Positions 25,781-38,341 of a stretch of 64,000 nt of DNA are shown here, piece by piece (within the stretch, counting starts at the first letter, position 1; each line of letters opens with the position of its first letter). The notes under the pieces were generated by a model. That model saw only the letters and a list, made by a program, of their open reading frames with translations. It made no database searches and was not told the DNA's origin. Source of the stretch: Squalus acanthias. Its lineage: Eukaryota. The stretch is from assembly GCA_030390025.1 (NCBI GenBank), contig CM059438.1, forward strand, positions 61,134,001 to 61,198,000, read 5' to 3'. Made by a program: the position numbers and the translations under genes.

Positions 25781-26572
25781 CATAGTTTCACTCTTGTTCC
25801 ATATAATTGCTATTCGACCAATTGAAACCTTCAATTATAAGTTTAAAAGGATGACGAATGTCCAGCTGTTTCCCCACGCTGTTATTCAGTATGTAACAGC
25901 AGCTCTTAAATTAAGCCACTTATTATTTCATCCTGAAACTGACCATTGCTGCAGAGTCAGCCCTGGTCCAACAGTCAAATGCAACTTTACATTGCCTAAT
26001 ACTTCCTTGCTTAACAGGCAAAGGCTAAAGGTCAACATTACTTCAATATTCAGAGATATCAATAGTAGAGAAACATTCATAACTTCTGGGCAGTCTGATA
26101 AAACCTTTCCTGACATCTTCTCCTCCCTAGTTTCCACCGAATAAATACAAACCAGGAGCTATAACTAGAGGAAAGGCAATTCCTCTCCTTTCCGCAACCC
26201 CTCAATTATTTGAGGAGTTTAACCAAGGCAACTTAGTTCCCCAATTCACATGTAGCGCAGCGCTGAGACACCGCACGGTGGAGCGGTGGAACCTCGGCTG
26301 GGGTCCATGTGCCTAGCTCCCATTCCCGCCCATGTCGCTGTCGGGAGCCAGGTGTGTCCCCGCAGTGACCGAAGGACAAGCAGAGACTCAGCTCCCACGC
26401 CGACCTTTGGCCTCCTAGAGGTGGATCTCAGAGCTGCAGGTTGTCAGCTTCCCGTACTGGACGCACTTGGTGGGTGGTGCAAGGGAACCAAGAAGGAAGT
26501 AAGAGTGAGTCTCGCCCTCAAAGAATGGCTTCATTAATGCACACGACTGGTCTGTGTATCCTGTCTCTCACC

Positions 26573-26769
26573 TGTGTGTGTGTGTCTGTCTGTCTGTGTG
26601 TGTCTGTGTGTGTGTGTGTCTGTGTGTGTGAGTGTGTGTGTGTGTCTGTGTGTGTGTGTGTGTCTGTCTGTGTGTGTGTGTGTCTGTCTGTGTGTGTGTC
26701 TGTGTGTCTGTGTGTGTGTGTGTGTGTGTGTGTCTGTGTGTGTGTCTGTCTGTGTGTGTGTGTGTGTGT
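26573..26769 (+). repeat. (TG)n/(TGTC) microsatellite
   Basis: Direct reading; paralogue at 39699-39921. Confidence 0.95.
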
Positions 26770-27891
26770 TCTTATGAGTATGCCCATGTATGTCCTGGCT
26801 GTGCGGGGGGGTTGTATAGTGTTGTCTTTGGGTGTGTGTTTGTCCATGTCAGGGTAAACGTAGGAATGCATGTGTGTGCGAACTCTATCTGTGTATCAGC
26901 CTTCTGTTTGTGTGTGTGTGTGTGAATTCTAAAAAGAAATAAAGACTTGCATTTATATAGCACCTTTCACGACCTCAGGGTTTCCCAAAGCGATTTACAG
27001 CCAATGAAGTACATTTGAAGTGTAGTCACTGTTGTAATGTATGTGTCTGTTTCAATGAGTCAGGTGTGCGTGTGTGTGTGCGTGTGTGAGCTCTGGTTTT
27101 GTGTCTGACTCTTTGTCTATGTCTGTTTGTCAGTCTGTAATGGAGCCTGGTAACCACTGTAATAGCTCACCCCCAGGGATGAGGCCCTGACAGGAATTGT
27201 GTTGAAATGAAGGCCAGCCCAACATGAGAACATGAAAGAGTGTAAGACCGTTTCACTCAGTCAGAATGGCCATTGTGCTAAGTACAGAGAGGAGCATGCA
27301 AAGAGAGGAGGAGGAGGATTGCATCCTGCTGAAGTCCTGGCTCGGGCCCAGCTCGTTGCACTGAAATCCTTTGCGTAACTATGCTTCAGATCTTCGCTGT
27401 GATGTACACTCTCTATGGAATCGTCATGAAATGGCTTTTGGCAAACCTTATTTTCATTAACAAACAGACAACCTAATGACCTAAACATAAACCAGATTGA
27501 AACGGGTCCACGAGTCACTGGTACGTGATGTCATTCTGACAAATGTGATGCACGGCCCTCACAGCTCGAGGCCGTCTCCCAAGAAGGAAAATAATTGGCA
27601 CAATTCTTTGGCACGATGGCGTCTCTTACGATTAGGTTTTAGATAAGCAAAAGTTTACAAGTGTAGTTTTTATTTATTTTAAATTACTCCGCTCCTTCTG
27701 TTTAATTTCATTTACTTCCATCCTTTTTGAGGGGGTGGAGATCATCAGTACCAAGTGCCACGCCCTGGGCAGGGCAGAGCGATAGCCAACTGCTGGGCAT
27801 CTGCTAATAACGCCTTTGATTTGAAGTGGCTGGGACAGTGACTAACTCTGATGAGTGCGATGTTACAACAGTGACTACACTTCAACAGTAC

Positions 27892-29383
27892 TGTAAGATT
27901 CTCAAAATTCACAGATCCCCCAAAACTCGAAGACAAACCCTAAGGAAAAAGACTTCGGCCTCTTTTTCTAACTATTTCAGGGTGGTGGAATGCATTGGGC
28001 CTAACCGAAGGACATTTTCGAGCAAAAACCAAGATTTGGTATTTTAAAAGACATGTCTGGACTTGTAAGGGAGAAAAGGCTGTAAAGGAAGGTGGGACCA
28101 ACCTCTGTAAAGAGAGTTTGGGTATTGGAGCTAATTGAAACTGTCTGGGGAACCGTATGACCTCACTGGGAGTTAAATCGGCGCCTATCAGACATTAATA
28201 TCCTTACAATAAACCCGAGGAAAAGCAATCTCCACCCCAATTTACAGAGCCCATTAAAGACATGCATGAAACAGATCACTGAGGCCTACTCTATAGAAAT
28301 CTCAGGCCCAGCCAAGAAACCCAAAACGTGGGGACAATCAACTACGATTAAGTGGCAAATCGACAGGATGGAGCCATCCCGAAACCACTTCACACATTAG
28401 CAAACAAGTTACCGTTGACGAGCCCGCCAAAATATAACAATGACCGGGATCTGATTTGGCGCGCAGATAAGGAAGCTTCAATTAGTATAATTGAAGGCCC
28501 GTTCTCAACCTGAAAAAGAAAGAAGAGGAAGGAAGAAGGACAAGGCATCCACGGAGGCATTCACCACAACACAGTTCTCCAGCACCACCGTTCAACGTTC
28601 CGTGTCCAGCCAGAAGGTTGACAGCTCGAAGGCCAGACCATTCAACAAAGTAAGCCGACACGTGGAAGAAACCAGAACGACCGCCTCAGTGACCATCGGA
28701 CACCTCGCGGCAACAAGGGCCTCACGAAAACAACCAACCAAACACCAAGTACCAGTATTCGGGCCACCGCGACCAAAGAAAACCAACTCGAAGAAAAACC
28801 GAAGATCCGCAAAGTTTCCACTCTACAATCTACTCCTGACTTAACCCTGGGTAAGATTTTCCCTAAAAAACTCTAAAACCCTACTTCTAACCAAGGAAAA
28901 GTGGGTACTCACCTGATAGATCCAATACGCACCCGACCCCATCAGCGGACTCCCCAAAGACTGACCAGATACGCAGTTGAAGTCCTCTACCGCGTACGGG
29001 GTATGGCAGACACCAACCGACATATAGAGTGAACCCCAAAACCGCAAACTAACCCAACTGTCAAGGATTCTGGTGAGTATCATCCCTGGTCCTCTGGAGT
29101 CCAACCTAGCTAGTGAAGTGGGATTGGGAGGGGTGAAGTATTCTTCTAATGTTATTTCCCTCGCTTGTACCGAAGTGTTCCCCACTTTTAGAGTGTTAAG
29201 AGTGTTTGTGTTGTGTTTTATTTTCTTGAATAAAGATCAAAGTTCTTGCATCAAACTCAGTTGTCTGCTGCACTTTTTGTCACAACCCCCAAATAAGTCC
29301 AAGGTCTAGAACCAAGGGCGTGGGAGCGATTCGAACCGCTCAGAAGTCAGAGGTGAAGCTGACACAAACCGCCACCCCCTACA
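27892..29383 (+). mobile_element. Solo LTR, 1492 bp
   Basis: TGTAAG...CTACA termini; 4-bp TSD gtac; empty site (caacagtacttcag) at about 41003-41016; AATAAA at 29229. Confidence 0.9.
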
Positions 29384-29524
29384 GTACGTCAGTGGCTGTG
29401 AAGCGTTTCGGTCTGTCCCCCTCAGAAGGTGACCGATCCACACCAGCTGTTTTACACCCAGGCAGTTGTCCGGGACGAGGCGGTAGAGCAGGTCCTGGCA
29501 GTGTTTTCTCAGTCAGGAGATGAG

Positions 29525-30162
29525 CATCGCCCGACTCCGCCCCAGCCTCAGCCCATCTGCTGCTGAAACACTCATCCCTGCCTTTGTTACCTCCAGACTC
29601 GACTATTCCAATGCTCTCCTGCCCGGCCTCCCATCTTCCATCCTCCTTAAACTTAAGCTCATCCAAAACTCTGCTGCCCATATATAACTTGGCCCAAGTC
29701 CCATTCACCCATCACCCGCTGTGCTCGCTGACCTACACTGGCTCCCGGTCTGGCAACACCTCGATTTTAAAATTTTCATCCTTGTTTTCAAATCCCTCCA
29801 TGGCCTAGCCCCTCCCTATTTCTGTAACCTCCTCCGGCCCTACAACCCTCTGAGATCTCCGCACACCTCCAATTCAGGCCTCTTGCACATCCCCAATTTT
29901 CATCACTCCACCATTGGTGGCCGCGCTTTCAGCTGCTAAGGCCCTAAGCTCTGGAATTCCCTCCCTAAAGCTCTCCACCTCTCTCTCCTCCTTTAAGATG
30001 TTCCTTAAAACCTACCTCTTTGACCAAATCTTTGGCCATCCGTCCTATACCTCCTTATGTGGCTCAGTGTCAAATTTTGTTTGACAATTGCTCCTGTGAA
30101 GTGCCTTGAGATGTTTTACTATGTTAAAGGTGTTATATAAATGCACGTTGTTGTTGTTGTTG
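29525..30162 (+). mobile_element. L2 LINE 3' fragment
   Basis: AFVTSRLDYSNALL-type peptide and LHWLPV; tail ataaatgcacgttgttgttg; paralogue 41149-41576 + 51684-51893. Confidence 0.85.
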
Positions 30163-32075
30163 TACGAGAAAGAAGTTTAACAGGTTGAAGAAACTGCGAA
30201 GGCAAGTATCTGCTAAGTGCTCGTTTCCCACTGCCCTTGTATGGCACGACGACAACACATATTTTCACCTCAACCAGCAGCATTGTGTCTGTGGCCGGTC
30301 TGTGGCAGGGAGAGCAGTGTCCTGGCTTGAGTTGTGTGTAAACAGGGGGCCTGTGATTCTCTGCCATCTCCTCACTGTGAACGAGATCCATCTGGCCCTT
30401 CAGGAAGGGCAGTCTGTACGTCAGCTGCCAGATGTGAGAAATACCACTGCTCTCCTTCCCTCCCACTCCCGACTCCCGCCAGCCCCCAGAGTGGGCTCGT
30501 TTGTTATTGAACGCAAGCAGGGCTCCCGATTTGCTCCATGAACAGCTGTCATTTGACGTCCGTCCAGCGGTGAAGGCTGCTTTATTTTGTGCAAGGCTGA
30601 ATTTGGAGCGATTGTTGTGAGGGATGTCGGTGCTGGGGGGTGGGAGGGTGATGGTCCATGATGGCAGCGTCCTGCCCCCTAATGACCCTGCAGCAAATTC
30701 AGAGAGATTTTACAGACATCCAAAAAAGAAATGGGCAATAAAAAAGTGCCGGAAATGCACAGGAGGATTCAGTCAGCATCCGAAAGAGAAAAGACCGGTT
30801 AAAGTTGCACATGAGACTCCCCTGAAAGATACGCCTAACGTTCTCCTTCTGAGAAAGAGATTGCTAGTAAAGAATTACAATGCGATGTAGCTGCACATCC
30901 GAGGGAGCTTTTTGACTGATGGAGTTTATTCCAGGCTCTTCTCTTTGGTAGAGGAAAGGTTGTTATTTATCAAGAGAGGGCTGAGGGCCGACCTGATAGA
31001 GGTCTTTAAGATTATGAATGGGTTTGATAGGGAAGACGTAGAGAAGATGTTTCTGCTGGTGGGGGAAACCAGAGCTAGGAGTCATAAATGTACGGTAGTC
31101 ACTAATCAATCCAATAGGAGAATTGAGGAGAAACTTCTTTACCCAGAGGGTGGTGAGGATGTGGAACTCGCTACCACAGGGAGTGGTTGAGATGAACAGC
31201 ATAAATGCATTTAAGGGGAAACTAGATAAGCACATCAGGGAGAATGGAATAGAAGGATATGCAGATAGGGTGAGATGAAGTAGGGAGAGAGGAGTCTCGT
31301 GTGGAGCATAAACACCATCATAGACAAGCTGGGCCGAATGGCCTGTTTCTGTGCTGTAAAGTCTATGCAATTTACTCCTCAAATCAATAAGGAACTTAAA
31401 CAATGAAAATCAGGTATCATACATTTACTAAGTATACAGCACATGCAATGGTACTTAAACATACACATAAAAGGCAGCATTTGCAAGATAACTTGACGGT
31501 TGGGTTGGGGATTATAACATGTTACAGTTCCGAGCTCAGTACCTTAGGCCTTTATGAATCCAAATACTGATTACAAACAGCCAGTGGGTAGTTTTCCCTG
31601 GCTACTTTAGGTGCTAAAGAGCCTCCGAGGTGGCCAAGATGGGGTCTCAAGTAGCAACGCCGGTTTAGTCCGCGTTTAGCGCAAGCCGCCATCTTGGTAA
31701 AGGAGTTGAAGCGTGCTAGGAACAGCCACCCAGAGGATCGTTAAGGGGCTGAATGATAATTAAATTGCCTGCTAGCGCTCATTAAAGAGGCTGCATGCCA
31801 TTTCGGTGAGTAACGCTTCAATTAACGACCTCTCCCAGCAGCGACCAGCTGAACAGGAGTAAACAAGTCATTGCTGAGGATTTCGAGCGCTACTTAAAGC
31901 CATGCTCAGCTTTCACTGTTCACTTGCTGCTGGAGATCAACTGACTGCACTGCGTTTGAAGAGGACTTTTGAGACACATTGGGAGACTTTCTGGGATACT
32001 TCATCAAGACTTCACCAACAATCTATCAACACTTTTCCTGGACTTCAACTAAAAAGAGCGTGTGCTGTGCTACTC

Positions 32076-35000
32076 CTGTGCGTTGTAAACAGAGTGCTGC
32101 GAGTTGGGTGAGTCAGGGAGTTAGGTGAGGAGTGGAAGGAGGAGCTCCCTTGCTTCGCCTTTGTTTTTCCTAACTTTTCACCCTGTAGGAATTGGTTCTT
32201 ACTTTACATCAAGGAAAGAGTCCGAGAGCGGGAGCAGTCAAACAACAACAACTGCGAAACCGCTAACGTGACGTCACAACCAGGGAAGGAGCTGATTGGT
32301 AAGTAGGACCTGGTGAGTATTTCTACAGTCCAGTCGTTAAAGTAAAAGTAAGGTCTCTAGTTTAGAGTAAGTACTGTTTAAAGGGAAGTAAGGTCCCTAG
32401 TGTATTTAATATTCTTTAATTTAAAGGAAGTAAAGGGAGTAAATTAAGGGTAGGACATGGCAGGGCAGCTCGGCTGCGTGGAGTGCTCCTCCTGTGCTAT
32501 GTGGGAAGTCAGGGACACTTTCGGTGTCCAGGGCGAACACATGTGCAGGAAGTGTCTCCAGCTGCAGCTACTCGAATTCCGCGTTTTGGAGCTGGAGCTG
32601 CGGCTGGAGTCACTGTGGAGCATCCGCGAAGCTGAGATCTTCGTGGATAGCACGTTTAACGAGGTGGTCACACCGCAGGTAAAGAGTGCACAGGCAGACA
32701 GGAAATGGGTGACCGCCAGACAGAGTAAAAAAACTAGGAAGGTAGTGCAGGAGTTCCCCTGGGTCCATCTCCCGCTTCAACAGAATTTCCATTTTGGATA
32801 CTGATGGGGGAGATGGTTTCTCAGGGGAATGCAGCAAGAGCCAAGTCCGTGGCACTACGAGAGGCTCAGCTGCACAGGAGGGAAGGAAAAAGAGTGGGAG
32901 AGCAATAGTTATATGGGGATTCTATCGTAAGGGGAACAGATAGACATTTCTGTGGCCGCAGACATGACTCCAGGGTGGTATGTTGCCTCCCTGGTGCCAG
33001 GGTCAAGGATGTCACTGAACGGCTGCAGGGCATTCTGAAGGGGGAGGGCGAACAGTCAGAGGTCGTGGTTCACATTGGTACCAACGACATGGGTAGAAAG
33101 AGGGATGAGGTCCTGTAACAAGAATTTAGGGAGCTAGGTAGCAGATTAAAAAGCAGGACCTCAAAGGTTATAATCTCTGGATTACTCCCTGCTAGTGAGT
33201 ATAGGAATAGGAGGATAGAGCAGATGAATGCGTGGCTAAAGAGTTGGTGCAGGGGGGAGGGCTTTAGTTTTCTGGATCACTGGGTGTGCTTCTGGGGAAG
33301 GTGGGACCTGTACAAGTCGGATGGGTTGCACCTGAACCGGAACGGGACCAACATCCTTGTGGGCAGGTTTGCTAGTACTGTTGGGGGGGGGGGGCTTAAA
33401 CTAACTTGGCAGGGGGATGGGATACGGAGTGGAGCTATAGTAGGGGTTGATGCACAGCCAAATATAGAGGAAAAAACAAGTCAGCCTGGAAGGCAGAGCA
33501 AATATGTAACGGCACAAGGGAGTATGGCAAGGCTGGATGGCATTTATTTTAATGCAAGGAGTCTTGCGAGTAAGGCAGATGAATTGAAGGTGTTGATGAA
33601 CACATGGGAGTATGATATTGTTGCTATCACAGAGACATGGTTGAGGGAGGGGCAGGACTGGCAGCTCAATATTCCGGGGTATAGAATCTTCAGGCAAGAC
33701 AGAGCGGGGTGTAGCTGAGCCATTCGTAGTGCCACGGATTTGGCTCTTGCTGCATTCCCGTGAGAAACCATCTCCCCCATGGGTATCCAAAATGGAAAAT
33801 CTGTTGCAATATTAATCAAGGAGTCAATTACTGCTGTAAGGAGGGATGATATCTTAGCAGGTTCCTCTAATGAGGCCATATGGGTAGAACTTAAAAACAA
33901 AAAGGAGGCAAGCACTTTGCTGGGAGTGTACTATAGGCCCCCAAACAGTCAGGGGGAGATAGAGGAACAAATTTTTAGGTAAATCTCAGAGAAGTGTCGA
34001 AATAATAGGGTAATAATAGTAGGGGATTTCAACTTCCCCAATATTAACTGGGATAGTCAGAGTGTGAAAGGCTTAGAGGGTGCGGAATTCTTAAAGTGCA
34101 TCCAGGAGAGCTTTTTGAGCCAGCATGTAGAAAGTCCTACAAGAGAGGGGGCGGTACTGGACCTAATTCCAGGGAATGTAGCCGGGCAAGTGGTAGAAGT
34201 GTCAGTCGGAGAGCATTTTGGTGACAGTGACCATAATTCGGTGAGATTTAAGGTAGTCATGGAAAAGGACAAAGATGGACCGGAAATAAAGGTTCTAAAT
34301 TGGGGGGAGGACGATTTTAATATGATAAAGCAGGATCTGGCCAAAGTGGACTGGGATCAGCTACTTGTAGGAAAATCCAGATCAGAGCAATGGGAGTCTT
34401 TCAGAAAGGAAATAGAGAGAGTATGACGCCAACATGTTCCCATAAAGGTCAAGGGTGGGACCAACAAGCCCAGGGATATACAAGAATGGATTAGGAAAAA
34501 AATGGAGGCTTTTGGCAGTTACAAAGGACTAAAAACAGTGGAAGCCATAGAGGAGTATAGAAAGTGCAGGGGTGTATTTAACAAAGAAATTAGGAGAGCA
34601 AAAAGAGGGTATGAAAAAATACTGGCGGGCAAAATAAAGGAAAATCCCAAGGTGTTTTATAAGTACATTAAGGGCAAGAGGATAACCAGGGAAAGAGTAG
34701 GGCCCATTAGGGACCAAAGTGGCAATCTGTGTGTAGAGCCAAAAGATGTAGGTGAGATTTTAAATTAATATTTTGCATCTGTGTTCACTATGGAGAAGGG
34801 TGATGTAGGCATAGAAATCAGGCAGGGGGATTGTGATATACTTGAACAAATTAGCATTGAGAGGGAGGAGGTACTAGCGGTTTTAGCTGGCTTTAAAGTG
34901 GATAAATCCCCAGGCCCTGACGAGATGTATCCCAGGCAAGGGAGGAGTTTGCAGCGGCTCTGACACAAATTTTCAGAACCTCTCTGGCCACAGGGGAGGT

Positions 35001-36450
35001 GCCAAAGGACTGGAGAACAGCTAATGTTCAAGAAGGGTAGTAGGGATAAACCAGGGAATTACAGGCCAGTGAACCTAACATCAGTGGTAGGGAAATTATT
35101 GGAAAAAATTCTGATGGACAGAATTAGTCTCCACTTGGAGAGGCAAGGATTAATCAAGGATAGTCAGCATGGCTTTGTCAGGGGGAGATCATGTCTGACC
35201 AATTTGATTGAATTTTTCGAGGGTGTAAATAGGTATGTGGATGAGGGTAGTGCAGTTGATGTAGTCTATATGGACTTCAGTAAGGCTTTTGACAAAGTCC
35301 CACATGGGAGACTGGCCAAGAAGGTAAGAGCCCATGGGATCCAGGGCAATTTGGCACATTGGATCCAAAATTGGCTTAGTGGCAGGAGGCAGAGGGTGAT
35401 GGTCAAAGGTTGTTTTTGTGACTGGAAGCCTGTGTCCAGTGGTGTACCGCAGGGATCGGTGCTGGGTCCTTTGCTGTTTGTAGTGTACATTAATGATTTA
35501 GATATGAATGTAGGAGGTATGATCAGTAAGTTCGCAGATGGCATGAAAATTGGTGGAGTGGTAAATAGCGAGGAGTGAAGCCTCAGGCTACAGGACGAAA
35601 TAGACAGGATGGTCAGATGGGCAGAACAGTGGCAAATGGAATTTAACCCTGAAAAGTGTGAGGTGATGCATTTTGGGAGGACTAACAAGGCAAGGGAATA
35701 CACAATGAATGGTAGGACCCTAGGAAGGACAGAGGATCAGAGGGACCTTGGTGTGCATGTACATAGATCCCTGAAGGCAGCAGGACAGGTAGATAAGGTG
35801 CTTAAAAAGGCATATGGGATACTTGCCTTCATTAGCCGAGGCATAGAATATAAGAGCAGGGAGGTTATGATGGAGCTGTACAAAACACTAGTTAGGCCAC
35901 AGCTGGAATACTGTGTGCAGTTCTGGTCGCCACACTATAGGAAGGATGTGATTGCATTGGAGAGGGTGCAGAGGAGATTCACCAGGATGTTACCTGGGCT
36001 GGAGCGCTTCAGCTATGAAGAGAGACTGGACAGACTGGGGTTGTTTTCCTTAGAGCAGAGAATGCTGAGGGGGGACCTGATTGAGGTGTACAAAATTATG
36101 AGGGGCATAGATAGGATAGATAGAAATGAACTTTTCCCCTTAGTAGAGGGGACAATAACCAGGGGGCATAGTTTCAAGGTCAGGAGGTTTAGAGGGGATT
36201 TGAGGAAAAACATTTTCACCCAGAGGGTGGTTGGAATCTGGAACTCACTGCCTGAAAGGGTGGTAGAGGCAGGAACCCTCACAATATTCAAGAAGCATTT
36301 AGATGAGCACTTGAAACGCCATAGCATGCAAGGCTATGGACCCAGTGCTGGAAAATGGGATTAGAATAGACAGGGCTTGATGGGCGGCGCAGACACGATG
36401 GGCCGAAGGGCCTCTTTCTGTGCTGTATAACTCTATGACTCTATGACTCT
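32076..36450 (+). mobile_element. Full-length CR1 (GACTCTAT-tail subfamily), decayed
   Basis: 5'UTR, ORF1 from 32457 (CSSCAMWE...CRKC, esterase), ORF2 to 36364, (gactctat)n tail; about 30-bp target deletion relative to 19525-19555. Confidence 0.94.
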
Positions 36451-36473
36451 AGGAGAAAGGGAGTGTTTGGTCA

Positions 36474-37945
36474 TGGGCATCTTGCTAGGTGTCCCCCTTG
36501 GTCTGCAGGAGGAATTGGTGGAGGACATGAGGCCAGGCAGAGCCGCACCAACTGCTGTAGGAGAGAGGGACAGTAGGGACAGGAGGAAAGGAAGACTCTC
36601 AGCAAGAGGTCCTATCCACCCAGGGTATTCAGAGAGCACTACTCCTACATTCACATGACCCAAGACCAGTGCATGAGGAGGCTGCACTTTTCCAAGGAGG
36701 TCGTCACAGAGATCCGTGGCCTCGGTGGAACGAAGACTCAGACCTCACAGCACAGCCAGGATTGCATTGCCTTTGGCAGTCAAGGCCACAGTAGCACTTA
36801 ATTTTTATCCGACTGGAAAATTCCAGGCTGCCACAGGTGATATCAGGCACATATTCCAATCTTCTGTGCACTTTTGCATAAGGGAGGTCTCTGTGGCTCT
36901 ACACATGCTGAGGAATGACTACATATCATTCCCTATTGCCAGAGAAGACCAGAGGCAGAGAGCTCTAGGATTCAACAAGATTGCGGGATTCCCCATGGTC
37001 CAGGGAGCCATTCACTGCACACATGTGGCCATGCGAGCCCCTCATTTAAACTCGGAGGTGTTCAGGAACAGGAAGGGATTCCATTCCCTCAATGTGCAGC
37101 TTGTCTGCGACCACCTGCAGCGCATCATGCAGGAGAATGCCTGCTATCCAGGGAGCTGCCACGATGCGTCTATAATGAGACAGTCTTCTGTCTCAGAGAT
37201 CTTTGAGCCCCAATGCAATGTGCATGGCTGGCTACTAGGTGACAAGGGATACCCTCTGATGCCATGGCTCATCACTCCCCTGAGAAACTCCTGGACACCA
37301 GCTGAGCAGTCATCCAATGAGAGCCACTCAGTCACCAGGAATATCATTGAGCAGACCATTGGGGTCATCAAGAAGAAGTTTAGTTCCCTTGACCTCTGGA
37401 GGCATCTTGGAGGTGCCCTGCTGTACTCGGCTGAAAAGGTCTCCAGATTCGTGGTGATTTGCTGCATTCTCCACATTCTGGCGATCATGAGAGACCAGCT
37501 GTTACCACCAGCAATTGTGCCAGGGGGTCAAACTCAGGAGCCACAAGAGGAGGAGAAGGAGGAGGAAGAGGAGGAAGGGGAAGAGGAGGAAGGGGAAGAG
37601 GATGAAGAGGAAGAGGAGGAAGGGGAAGAGGAGGAAGAGGAGGAGGAGGAGAGGAGGAAGGGGAGGAGGAGGAGAGGAGGAGGAGGAAGAGGAGGAAGGG
37701 GAGGAGGAGGAAGGGGAAGAGGAGGAAGGAGAAGAGGAGGAAGGGGAAGAGGAGGGAGAGGAAGAGGAGGAAGAGGAGGAGGAGGAGAGGAGGAAGGGGA
37801 GGAGGAGGAGGAAGAGGAGAAGGAGGAAGAGGAGGAGGAGGAGAGGAGGAGGAGGAGAGGAGGAGGAGGAAGAGGAGGAGGAGGAGAGGAGGGGGAGGAG
37901 AGGAGGAGGAGGAGGAGGAGGAGGAGGAGAGGAGGGGGAGGATGA
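36474..37945 (+). pseudogene. Harbinger transposase copy B
   Basis: GAIHCTH, NRKGFHSLNVQ, GSCHDA and GDKGYP motifs; N-terminus frameshifted; open 36716-37945. Confidence 0.9.
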
Positions 37946-38341
37946 GGAAGTGGAGGAGGAGGAGGAAGAGGAGAAGGAGGAAGAGGAGGAAGAGGAGGAG
38001 GAGGAGAGGAGGGGGAGGAGAGGAGGAGGAGGAGGAGGAGGAGAGGAGGGGAATCAGGGGGAGCTCCAGAGGGTTCCAGGTAGACGGCCCACACCTCGGA
38101 CGGATGCTCTACCATCAGACTCCGGAGCACTGTGGCCACATGAGGCACCTTCCACGACTGAGGATCCATCAGGAAGTCCAGCATCTGCACTTAATCCTTT
38201 CAAACCCTTCCCCACGAAGACCATAATAAAAAAGAGGAAGATTGGTGCATGTGAATGAGTGTATTGACAGGTATGTTTGTGTGTGTGTGATGCCTCACAT
38301 GGTGCAGTTATTGTTAGATGGATTCTTACCTTGACCACTCG

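Larger units (their letters stand above)
14546..30286 (+). repeat. Tandem segmental duplication, copy A
   Basis: Colinear shared blocks with 30297-52019: exon-like block, CR1 fragment, Harbinger, LINE B 3' end, TG repeat, L2 and the ...cagcagcattgtg end. Confidence 0.93.
31586..38341 (+). mobile_element. Harbinger transposon copy B, interrupted by a CR1, right arm deleted
   Basis: Colinear with 19076-21966. Confidence 0.88.
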
